Assembly: GCA_050011565.1 (NCBI GenBank)
Contig: JBEKIW010000004.1
Location: 60,553-124,552, forward strand
DNA: 64,000 bases
Reading direction: 5' to 3'
Source of the DNA: Dehalococcoidia bacterium
GTDB lineage: Bacteria > Chloroflexota > Dehalococcoidia > GIF9 > UBA5629
The notes beneath the pieces were generated by a model. It searched no databases and was not told the origin of the DNA. It saw nothing but the letters and a program-made list of their open reading frames with translations. Both the position numbers and the translations under genes were made by a program. Shown piece by piece: positions 39,888 through 48,264 of the stretch (positions within the stretch are counted from its first letter, which is position 1; each line of letters starts with the position of its first letter).

Positions 39888-40937
39888 TTGCTAAGTAGAT
39901 TATTTAAAGATTTTCAGGGCGATGTAGTGGCCATACCGGGCAGGTTAATAGCTTTAATTTTCTTTGTGCTCTTGTTTCTAATTCCTGCATTTACACAGCA
40001 GCCTTACATACTGCGTATGCTGATTTTTACGAATATGTTCGTTATCTTCGCCGTAAGCTGGGATTTTATATCCGGCTATACCGGCCAGTTGAACTTCGGT
40101 CATGCCCTCTTCTTCGGGGTGGCCGCCTACACGACAGCTTTGCTGAACAGGGGAGGCGACCTGGGCCCGCACTGGCCAATATGGGTAACCATACCGCTGG
40201 GTGCCATTGCAGCGGTAATAGCCGGCGTTGTCATGTGTTTGCCGGCATTGAGGTTGAGGGGACCCTATCTGGCTCTGGTAACCCTGGCGTTTCCACTTAT
40301 TCTTCTCGGGGTTATTTTCTCTTTTACCAAGTTTACCGGTGGTGAGTTAGGAATTTCCGGTATTGACCGCATTTCCGATTCCAGAACAGTAGAGTACTAC
40401 ATCTCAGTGCTCGTCATGATCGTCTCGGTATTCATAATGTGGAAGCTTACGGATGCCCAGAGCGGCCTGGTCAGGACAGGGATTATTCTTCATGCTATAC
40501 GCGAGGATGAAATTGCAGCTCGCGCCAGCGGAATAAATACAATACGATATAAGCTGTTCGCCTTTGCTGTAGGCGGCTTCTTCGCCGGAATAGCAGGCGG
40601 CTTTTATGCGCACTTCCTGAGAATTGCCGGTCCTTCCTCCCTGGACCTTACATTGTCGTTCCAAGCCATAATATGGACTGTTTTCGGAGGTATTGTTAGC
40701 ATTTACGGGGCGGTGGTGGGGGTTTATATACTTTATCCTCTGATGGAGTCCCTGCGTTCTATCTCGGAGTACCGGATGTTAATCTTTGCCGTCATAGTGA
40801 TACTGATTCTTCTTTTCATGCCTGAAGGCATTGCCGTCTGGATACGGGACAAGATTGAGAGACAATGTCCACGTTGCAAGCTGACTAATGTGTCATGGCG
40901 TCATACCTGTAGAGCTTGCAGCGCTGACCTGTACTAG
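39888..40937 (+). CDS. ABC transporter permease (LivM family) with a C-terminal CxxC..CxxC tail
   Basis: 349 aa polytopic. Last 30 aa: CPRCKLTNVSWRHTCRACSADLY. Confidence 0.85.
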   Translation: MLSRLFKDFQGDVVAIPGRLIALIFFVLLFLIPAFTQQPYILRMLIFTNMFVIFAVSWDFISGYTGQLNFGHALFFGVAAYTTALLNRGGDLGPHWPIWVTIPLGAIAAVIAGVVMCLPALRLRGPYLALVTLAFPLILLGVIFSFTKFTGGELGISGIDRISDSRTVEYYISVLVMIVSVFIMWKLTDAQSGLVRTGIILHAIREDEIAARASGINTIRYKLFAFAVGGFFAGIAGGFYAHFLRIAGPSSLDLTLSFQAIIWTVFGGIVSIYGAVVGVYILYPLMESLRSISEYRMLIFAVIVILILLFMPEGIAVWIRDKIERQCPRCKLTNVSWRHTCRACSADLY

Positions 40938-40989
40938 GGGATGCTTGGATAAGTAAAAGCTTACAATCTTCTGGGAAAAGCTAGAGATT

Positions 40990-41739
40990 CTAGAGGCCGA
41001 GATACGTCTTTCTGATAGTTTCGTCTTTGAGCAACTCTGCAGCTGTTCCTTGGGCGATGATATGGCCTCTTGACATAACGTAATTTCTTACTGAGAGGCT
41101 AAAAGCGAAACTGACATCTTGTTCAGCCAGTAAAATAGTAACACCCAGTTCGCGGTAAATCTCTTCTACACGTTTAAACAGGTCCTGCTTTAATTTTGGT
41201 GCCAGGCCGCTTGAGGGTTCGTCAACCATCATGAACTTAGGGCGACGCATCAACGACCTGCCAATAGCCAGCATTTGACGTTCACCGCCGGATAGTGTTC
41301 CCGATATTTGATTCTGTCGTTCTTTCAGTCTGGGAAAGAGCTCATAGACCTTTTCCATGCTACTATTAATTGCCTTCTGGTCCTTGACAAGATAAGCGCC
41401 GGCCAGCAGGTTATCTTTAACCGTCATTTCAACAAATGGCCTGCCTCGCTCCGGGCAAAGGAGCAGACCTCTTTTGGCTATATCAGATGCCGACAGATTT
41501 TCAATCCTCTCACCCTCGAACTCTATAATCCCATCGAAGGTTATATCAGCCTGTCTGGTTCCTTTTGAGACCTCTTTCTCCCACTTTATTAATCCTGCCA
41601 TAGCCCTGAGTAAGGTGCTCTTTCCGGCACCGTTGGGGCCGACAAGGCTCACCAATTCGCCTTTTTCTACATTAAGGCTGGCGTCATCCAGCACCGTGGC
41701 CGTGTCGTAACGGACGGTTACGTTTTTAACTTCCAGCAA
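40990..41739 (-). CDS. ABC transporter ATP-binding protein (LivF family)
   Basis: Walker A GPNGAGKST, signature LSGGERQ, Walker B MMVDEPS. Confidence 0.85.
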   Translation of the reverse strand: MLEVKNVTVRYDTATVLDDASLNVEKGELVSLVGPNGAGKSTLLRAMAGLIKWEKEVSKGTRQADITFDGIIEFEGERIENLSASDIAKRGLLLCPERGRPFVEMTVKDNLLAGAYLVKDQKAINSSMEKVYELFPRLKERQNQISGTLSGGERQMLAIGRSLMRRPKFMMVDEPSSGLAPKLKQDLFKRVEEIYRELGVTILLAEQDVSFAFSLSVRNYVMSRGHIIAQGTAAELLKDETIRKTYLGL

Positions 41740-42499
41740 TGAGCACCTCCTTACCTGTGTAAGCTTCGATTACTACGGGGTTTTTGGATATTTCTTCAGG
41801 TGTGCCTGTAGCGATGATTTCGCCAAAGCAAAGTACAATTACTCTGTCTACTATCTTCATCAGCTCACTAAGCTTGTGCTCTATGATAAGCATAGCCGGC
41901 CCTTCACTATGAAGCCGGCCGAATCTCCCGCCTTTGTGTAACCGTTTCATTGATTTGGCCACAAGCTCGGTTTCGGCTGGGTTCAATCCGCCGAAAGGCT
42001 CATCGAGGATAAGCAACTCCGGTTCGGTGGCAATAGCTCTGGCTACCTCCAGCCGCTTTAAATCCCCGTGTGCTAGAATAGAAGCCGGTTCTAGAGCCAT
42101 GTCGGCGATACCTACGAATTCCAAAGCGTCTCGTGCCTTTACCTCGACTCTTTTGACCCATTCGCCTCGCTTGGATATCCTCGGGCAGAGACAACCTACC
42201 ATAACGTTAGCTATGATAGGCAAATGGCGGAAAGGTTTTACTACCTGGAAAGTTCCCACCATACCTCTCTGGACAATATCCCACGATCGTTTTCTGGTTA
42301 TATCTTTGCCGTCAAGTATGACTTTTCCTGAATCCGGCCTCAATATGCCGAGTAAGCAGCGTATGAGTGTGGTCTTGCCCGAACCGTTTGGCCCAATCAG
42401 GCCGACGATTTCATCTCTTTCTATCTTGAAGCTCACATTATTAACAGCAGATAGACCGCCGAAGGTCTTGGTTAAATTTTCGACTTCTAGAAACGCCAT
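41726..42499 (-). CDS. ABC transporter ATP-binding protein (LivG family)
   Basis: Walker A GPNGSGKTT, Walker B LILDEPFGGLNP. Its start lies 7 nt after the upstream CoA ligase stop. Confidence 0.85.
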   Translation of the reverse strand: MAFLEVENLTKTFGGLSAVNNVSFKIERDEIVGLIGPNGSGKTTLIRCLLGILRPDSGKVILDGKDITRKRSWDIVQRGMVGTFQVVKPFRHLPIIANVMVGCLCPRISKRGEWVKRVEVKARDALEFVGIADMALEPASILAHGDLKRLEVARAIATEPELLILDEPFGGLNPAETELVAKSMKRLHKGGRFGRLHSEGPAMLIIEHKLSELMKIVDRVIVLCFGEIIATGTPEEISKNPVVIEAYTGKEVLIAGS

Positions 42500-42506
42500 T
42501 TTATAG

Positions 42507-44216
42507 CTACTCCTCTCTCAGCTCACGACGAGATACTTTGCCGACATCTGTTTTAGGCACCTCGCCTCTGAACTCGACGATTGTGGGACACTTATAATCA
42601 GCTAGCCTCTCCTGGCAATATTTCATGATATCCAGCTCTGATAGCTTCCCTCTGGCTTCTGTCTCGAGGACAACTACTGCTTTTACTTTCTCTCCAACCT
42701 CGGGGTCGGGAACTCCGATTACACCCGTCTCCTTGATTTGAGGATGAGCCGCCAGGACTTCTTCTACCTCCCTGGCATATACAATCTTGCCCTTGTGCTT
42801 AATCATATCACGTTTTCTGTCGTAGAAAAAGAAATAGCCGTCTTGATCCATTCTGCACAAGTCGCCGGTACGAAGCCAGATTTCACCGTCTATATTGACA
42901 AATGTTTCACTGGTTGCCTCCGGGTTTTTCCAGTATCCTTTGGCTACTTGTGGACCCTTTATTATAAGCTCGCCTATCTCGCCAACAGAAAGAAAATTGT
43001 TGCTATCGGGGTCGACTATGGCAGCCACGGTATTAGGTAGAGGTACACCGAAAGAGCCGACTTTTGTTTTGCCGAATGGGTTGACAATTCCCACAGAAGT
43101 TGTTTCAGTCATCCCCCAGCCCTCGTGGATTTTGGAGCCCGTCCTTTTCTCCCAGCCTTTAGCCGTGTCCTCAAGTAGGATGTCGGCGCCGGAGATAAGA
43201 ACTTTGACGCGCTTCCAATTGACTCTGTCGGTGCGGTGGTAATCTCGAAGATATTCATATAAGGCCGCCACGCTGTAGAAAATAGTTGCATGGTAAGTTT
43301 CCATGGCGTTGAGTAAGTCGTCAAGGTCGATGGTGGTGAATATCACCAGGGTGTATCCCTGCGCCAGACCACCCGCCACCAACACCGCCTGGCCATAGAT
43401 ATGATAGAAGGGCAAATAAGCTAAAATGGTTTCCTTGCCTTCTTGCGTAACATCGCCCCAGAAATTTGCGGCTATATGTTCGGATACGTTAATGTTTTCG
43501 TGGGTTATCATAACACCTTTGGGTAGTCCCGTTGTCCCTCCGGTGTAGGGAAGAGTTACCAGGTCCTCCTTATTGTTGAATTCGATTTTCGGTGGATTGG
43601 GTGGATATTTCTTAATCAAGTCTTTGAATAGATAGAATCCCTCTCTATGGTAGAGCTCGGCAGGCGGTGCTGCCATCTTCTGGTAGACGGCACGGAGTAC
43701 GCTGCTGCCCATGAACCTTTTCAGCCACGGTATATAATCGGCGATATTTACCAGGATGACCTTATCCAGCTTGACTTCTGCCCGTTCGACGTTATCATAG
43801 AGATTATCCTGGCAGATAATTATGGTGGCGCCGCTGTCTTCAATTTGATGTTTGATTTCGGGGCTGACATAGAAAGGACTGATGGCAGTTAAAATGGCTC
43901 CAGCCTTTAAAGCTCCGAAAAAGGCTATGATGAACTGGGGTGAGTTCAGAAGTAGTAAAGCGACTCTATCCCCCTTTTTAACTCCTAAGTCCTGGAGAGC
44001 TGTGGCGAATCTATCGACATGGTCTCTTAGCTCGCGGTAGCTCATCTTCCTGCCATAGAATATTACGGCAGTTCTATCCTTCCATTTGTCTGTGGCTTCG
44101 TTAAAGATGTCAACTGCGGACTTATCCGCCATTTTTATGTCCGCCGGCACCTCCGGGAGATAGAACTTCAGCCACGGTCTGGATTCGTATATTGCCTTGT
44201 TGGTATCGGCCGCCAT
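42507..44216 (-). CDS. AMP-dependent acyl-CoA synthetase/ligase
   Basis: AMP-binding motifs (YTGGTTGLPKGV, GWGMTE, TGD). The start is taken at the internal ATG (44214-44216), which has a perfect RBS AAAGGAGGAGGTGA. The ORF-track 5' extension MLYFAPNKGGGDI appears to be leader sequence. Confidence 0.85.
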   Translation of the reverse strand: MAADTNKAIYESRPWLKFYLPEVPADIKMADKSAVDIFNEATDKWKDRTAVIFYGRKMSYRELRDHVDRFATALQDLGVKKGDRVALLLLNSPQFIIAFFGALKAGAILTAISPFYVSPEIKHQIEDSGATIIICQDNLYDNVERAEVKLDKVILVNIADYIPWLKRFMGSSVLRAVYQKMAAPPAELYHREGFYLFKDLIKKYPPNPPKIEFNNKEDLVTLPYTGGTTGLPKGVMITHENINVSEHIAANFWGDVTQEGKETILAYLPFYHIYGQAVLVAGGLAQGYTLVIFTTIDLDDLLNAMETYHATIFYSVAALYEYLRDYHRTDRVNWKRVKVLISGADILLEDTAKGWEKRTGSKIHEGWGMTETTSVGIVNPFGKTKVGSFGVPLPNTVAAIVDPDSNNFLSVGEIGELIIKGPQVAKGYWKNPEATSETFVNIDGEIWLRTGDLCRMDQDGYFFFYDRKRDMIKHKGKIVYAREVEEVLAAHPQIKETGVIGVPDPEVGEKVKAVVVLETEARGKLSELDIMKYCQERLADYKCPTIVEFRGEVPKTDVGKVSRRELREE

Positions 44217-44246
44217 TATGTCACCTCCTCCTTTATTTGGAGCAAA

Positions 44247-44256
44247 GTATAGCACA
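44247..44256 (-). promoter_or_regulatory. extended -10 promoter element TGcTATACT for the downstream CoA ligase
   Basis: Minus strand reads TGTGCTATACT, about 30 nt upstream of the ligase ATG. A duplicate sits at 46366-46376. Confidence 0.35.
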
Positions 44257-44500
44257 GTGTTTGTATTTTGCCAATGTGACTGAGATGTTTGGTGGTTATA
44301 TTAAAGTACGAACGAAATATACGCAGGATTGAGTTTTGCGAATTTAACAGCGTTCGCCCTGGTACTTTCATAACAGCACCAAATTCTAAGCTAGAGCAGA
44401 TTGTTGCCCATTTCTTTTGTTCGGTTGATAGGCTCTTTGCCGGCATCTAAGGCAGGCTTGTGAAAGGCTACATCAGTATCGCTTCAATGTCAAGCCGGTT

Positions 44501-46333
44501 TTACAGCTCGTCCTCTCTCAATTCCCGCCTAGATACTTTGCCGACATCTGTCTTTGGCACTTCACCCCTGAACTCTACGATTCTGGGACATTTATAGTGC
44601 GCCATATGTTCCGCGCAATATTTCATGATTTCTTCTTCGGAGACTTTGCCTCTGGCGTCCGTCTCGAGGACGACGATGGCTTTGACTTTCTCTCCGACGT
44701 TTTTGTCGGGAACCCCGATTACACCCGCCTCTTTGACCAGTGGATGCGCTTTCAGTACCTCCTCCACCTCCCTGGCGAATACCGCCAGGCCCTTATATTT
44801 AATCATGTCACGTTTTCTATCGTAGAAAAAGAAATAGCCTTCTTTGTCCATTCTGGCCAGGTCGCCGGTTCGAAGCCATGTTTCGCCGCCGATTTTGACG
44901 AACATTTTCTTCGTCTCTTCCGGATTATGCCAGTATCCTGGGGATATTTGTGGACCCCTGACGGCAAGCTCGCCTATCTCGCCAACAGGCAGAAATTTGG
45001 TGCTTTCAGGACTGAGTATTCCAGCTACTGTGTTACACATGGGGACGCCGAAAGAACCGACCTTCGGCCTGCCGTATGGACTACCCATTCCAATAGAGCT
45101 AGTCTCAGTCATACCCCAGCCCTCATGTATTTTAGTATTTGTCCGTTTCTCCCAACCTATCGCCGTATCTTCAAGAAGGGCATCGGCGCCGGAGACGAGA
45201 ACTTTGAGGCGCTTCCAGTTAATTCTGTCCGTACGTTGATAATCTCTGAGGTACTCATACAAAGACGGGACGCTGAAGAAAATAGTTGCCTTGTAGCTTT
45301 CGATGGCATTTAAGATGTCGTCGAGGTCGGGGGTGGTGAATATCACCAGGGTGTAGCCCTGAGCCAGACCACCCAACATAATCACTGCCTGACCGTAGAT
45401 ATGGTAAAAGGGCAAATATGCCAGTATGGTCTCTTTGCCTTCCTGGACAATATTTCCCCAGAACTCTGAGCCTATGTACCTGGCTGCAGTGATATTATAG
45501 TGGGTTATCATAGCTCCTTTGGGAAGTCCTGTTGTGCCGCCGGTATAGGGCAGGGTTACCAGGTCCTCATGAATATTGAACTTGATTTTTGGCGGCTTGG
45601 GCGGATATTTCTTAATCAAGTCCTGTAATTGATAAATTCCTTCTCTTTCATATATCTCAGAAGGTGGTGCTGCCATCTTCTGGTATACAGCCCTGAGTAT
45701 GCTGCTGCCCAGGAACTTTTTTAGCCCGGGTAAATATTCTGCAATACTGGTCAGGATAACCTTATCCAGTTTGACTCCTGACCGTTCCACATTTTCATAA
45801 AGTATATCCTGGCAGACGATTATCCGGGCGCCGCTGTCTTCAATTTGATGTTTGATTTCGGGACTAACATAAACAGGACTGATGGCAGTCAGTATAGCTC
45901 CAGCCTTCAGGGCGCCGAAATAGGCTATGATGAATTGAGGTGAGTTCAGGAGCAGTAAAGCAACCCTATCACCTTTTTTGACTCCCAGGTCCTGCAAGGC
46001 TGTGGCGAATCTATCGACGTGGTCTCTTAATTCGCGGTAGCTTATTTTTCTACCGTAGAATATTACGGCGGTCCTATCCTTCCATTTAGTTGTAGCTTCA
46101 TCGAAGGTTTCGACTGCGGATTTTTCCGGTATTTTGACATCCGCGGGCACCTCTTTGAGGTAAAACTTCAGCCATGGTCTTTTTTCATATATTGCCTTGT
46201 TTGGGTCAGCCTTTGGAGCAGCTTTCTTTACTTGAGCTTTCTTTAGTTGAGCTTTCTTTAGTTGAGCTTTCTTTAGTTGAGCTTTCTTTGGGTGAGCCTT
46301 CTTTGGGTGGGACTTCTTTGGGTGAGCCTTCAT
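44501..46333 (-). CDS. AMP-dependent acyl-CoA synthetase/ligase with a lysine-rich N-terminal repeat tail
   Basis: Paralog of 42507..44216, about 75% identical by eye. The start is taken at ATG 46331-46333, preceded by TTAGGAGGAGACGACACA. The N-terminus is MKAHPKKSHPKKAHPKKAQLKKAQLKKAQLKKAQVKKAAPK. Confidence 0.8.
   Translation of the reverse strand: MKAHPKKSHPKKAHPKKAQLKKAQLKKAQLKKAQVKKAAPKADPNKAIYEKRPWLKFYLKEVPADVKIPEKSAVETFDEATTKWKDRTAVIFYGRKISYRELRDHVDRFATALQDLGVKKGDRVALLLLNSPQFIIAYFGALKAGAILTAISPVYVSPEIKHQIEDSGARIIVCQDILYENVERSGVKLDKVILTSIAEYLPGLKKFLGSSILRAVYQKMAAPPSEIYEREGIYQLQDLIKKYPPKPPKIKFNIHEDLVTLPYTGGTTGLPKGAMITHYNITAARYIGSEFWGNIVQEGKETILAYLPFYHIYGQAVIMLGGLAQGYTLVIFTTPDLDDILNAIESYKATIFFSVPSLYEYLRDYQRTDRINWKRLKVLVSGADALLEDTAIGWEKRTNTKIHEGWGMTETSSIGMGSPYGRPKVGSFGVPMCNTVAGILSPESTKFLPVGEIGELAVRGPQISPGYWHNPEETKKMFVKIGGETWLRTGDLARMDKEGYFFFYDRKRDMIKYKGLAVFAREVEEVLKAHPLVKEAGVIGVPDKNVGEKVKAIVVLETDARGKVSEEEIMKYCAEHMAHYKCPRIVEFRGEVPKTDVGKVSRRELREDEL
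46221..46333. repeat. 15-nt tandem DNA repeat (about 7 copies) encoding the K-K-A-(Q/H)-(L/P) tail
   Basis: GCTTTCTTTAGTTGA x3, then GCTTTCTTTGGGTGA / GCCTTCTTTGGGTGG / GACTTCTTTGGGTGA. Confidence 0.7.
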
Positions 46334-46365
46334 TGTGTCGTCTCCTCCTAATTTGCTAAGCGTCA

Positions 46366-46376
46366 AGTATAACACA
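46366..46376 (-). promoter_or_regulatory. extended -10 promoter element TGtTATACT for CoA ligase paralog 2
   Basis: Minus strand reads TGTGTTATACTTGAC... followed by the RBS and ATG, matching the architecture of the leader at 44217-44260. Confidence 0.35.
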
Positions 46377-46580
46377 TTATACTCGTATTTTGCTACTGTG
46401 TATGAAGTGCTGGTTATGCTGTTTTTAAGTCCGGAATATCCGGTTTATTGCCACGCAGGCTCTGGAATTGATAAAATACGCTACTATAGATGATTGCGGC
46501 TTAAATTAGCAGGTAATACCTGGCGCCGTTCACAATATAATCAGATGGGTTCGTCAAACATTAACCACAAGGAGGCTCGA

Positions 46581-47078
46581 GTGAGAAACAATAAAAAACA
46601 TTGGTTTCTGCTTTTGGGACTTATCGTCCTGCTGCTCAGTTCTGTCGTCGGTTGTGGTCAGCCGGGATTCACGGCATATACCAATGATTTGGGAGGGTAT
46701 AGTATTAGTTATCCGCTCAGTTGGAAGGGCGAGGTTTCTAAAGACGGGACAACATTCCTAATAGCATCTCCGACCCGCGTGGCTTCGGTCATGATATATG
46801 TAGCAGATTCCATGTCAGCTCAAACTGCTGCCCAACGTTGGCTTATGTCATTGGGAACACATTGGTCTGAAATAGCTCAAATAGAAAATAAACCAATGGA
46901 AGGCTTCTGGAACTGGTATGTTTCATATGACTATAATGCGGATACTGGCCCGTTTCACGGAGAGGCTTACTTCAAGAGCACTGCAGACCACCTCTATAGA
47001 TTGGATACGGCAGCAGATTCGGCTGGATACAAGAATTATCCCTTCTCTATGATAATCTCATCATTTAAGCTGAAGTGA
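46581..47078 (+). CDS. PsbP-like domain lipoprotein (third paralog)
   Basis: Probable GTG start at 46581 after GGAGG. Lipobox VVGCGQ. YTNDLGGYSISYPLSWKGEV... is homologous to the domains at 38235..38879 and the SBP C-terminus. Confidence 0.55.
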   Translation: MRNNKKHWFLLLGLIVLLLSSVVGCGQPGFTAYTNDLGGYSISYPLSWKGEVSKDGTTFLIASPTRVASVMIYVADSMSAQTAAQRWLMSLGTHWSEIAQIENKPMEGFWNWYVSYDYNADTGPFHGEAYFKSTADHLYRLDTAADSAGYKNYPFSMIISSFKLK

Positions 47079-47249
47079 TTCATTCCGCTATAAATCACTC
47101 AGTCTAAATTTAACGGCCGCTATACATCCTCTTTAGATAGGGCTTCACCTTATCAAGGTAACCAGCCATTTCTATAGGCTTCCGGTGACCGTCTATAACC
47201 CAATCTTCACCTAATTTTCACGCAATATTTGTATTTTCTTCGTCGTATT

Positions 47250-47277
47250 TTCACATTTGTCTGTTATGCTATATAGT
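47250..47277 (+). promoter_or_regulatory. sigma70-like promoter for the CBS-domain gene
   Basis: TTCACA, 16-nt spacer, TATAGT. Lies 43 nt upstream of the ATG at 47321. Confidence 0.3.
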
Positions 47278-47320
47278 CAAAGGTCGAAAAGTTAAAGTAG
47301 AAAAGAATAAGGAGGCAGCC

Positions 47321-47764
47321 ATGTTGATACGTGACATAATGACAACTAACGTAGTCTCGATTCCAAGCACTACTTCGTTAGCTGATGCCAGGAGAATAAT
47401 GGATGTCCACGGGGTGAAGCATTTGCCGGTAATAGATAAGGAAAAACTGGTAGGCATGGTCACCCTGAATGCGCTGGACAAAGCAGGACCCTCTGCCATA
47501 ACCACTTTCAGCAAGCAAGAGCTTAATTACCTGTTAAACAGGTTGACTGTCAAGGAAGTCATGAGCAGGGACCTGATCACCATTTCTCCAGATGACACCG
47601 TTGTGGAAGCAGTGGCTTTAGCCCGACTGAATAAGTCGAGGTTATTGCTGGCCATGGAGGACGGTCACCTGGTAGGGATAGTTACTACCAGCGATTTCTT
47701 CTATAACGTGCTTGACCGAATACTGGGTATAGGCCAGACCGATGCCATGGTTTTAGCGCACTAA
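47321..47764 (+). CDS. CBS-domain pair protein
   Basis: 147 aa with two CBS motifs (IMTTNVVSIPSTTSLADARRIMDVHGVKHLPV; VMSRDLITISPDDTVVEAVALARLNKSRLLLA). Confidence 0.7.
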   Translation: MLIRDIMTTNVVSIPSTTSLADARRIMDVHGVKHLPVIDKEKLVGMVTLNALDKAGPSAITTFSKQELNYLLNRLTVKEVMSRDLITISPDDTVVEAVALARLNKSRLLLAMEDGHLVGIVTTSDFFYNVLDRILGIGQTDAMVLAH

Positions 47765-47789
47765 GTCAAAGGGGAGAGCTGAAATAGAA

Positions 47790-47833
47790 GGCGGATATCT
47801 GGTTTCGATGTCAGGTATCCGCCGCTATTTTTG
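47790..47833 (+). terminator. intrinsic terminator after the CBS gene
   Basis: GGCGGATATCTGG-(8 nt)-TCAGGTATCCGCC forms a 13-bp stem (two G-U pairs), followed by GCTATTTTTGTG. Confidence 0.6.
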
Positions 47834-47860
47834 TGCGAGCACGGATACCAGCCGCCTTTC

Positions 47861-47903
47861 CTAAAAGACGAGAAACCAGCGCTGGTCACGACGCTGGTTT
47901 CTC
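47861..47903 (+). terminator. second hairpin with a 12-bp stem
   Basis: GAGAAACCAGCG-CTGGTCACGA-CGCTGGTTTCTC, then TGTTTGGTT. It contains the self-palindrome CCAGCGCTGG. Confidence 0.4.
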
Positions 47904-48264
47904 TGTTTGGTTAAGGGGGCGATGACTCGCCTAATTAGTACAACGTAATAAATCGACGAAAGTTTAGGCCGGCTACGGTTGAGGTTCAGAAAAATTTATA
48001 ACTGCTTTGGGATAATCATTTGTTCAGACCGCGAGCCACGAGCTCCCGGGAGAACACCCTTCCAGAACGCTCCTGGCATGGCTCACCTCCTGTGACGTTA
48101 AGGTTCCCCTGAGAAATAAGATATCATACAAGCCCGCCAATAGCCATAGTGGGTTATATAATTGTCCGTTCGCTACTGCTAATGCCATTGCCCAAAATAT
48201 ACTTTAAAGACTATATATTTGTGTTGATTACGAGTCATAGAGAGTAATTAAAGTTTGTTAGTAA

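Noticed and set aside
44597-45313. 238-aa and 131-aa plus-strand ORFs inside CoA ligase paralog 2, with similar ones inside paralog 1
   Set aside because: They are antisense shadows of AMP-binding domain genes. They are duplicated only because the sense genes are paralogs.
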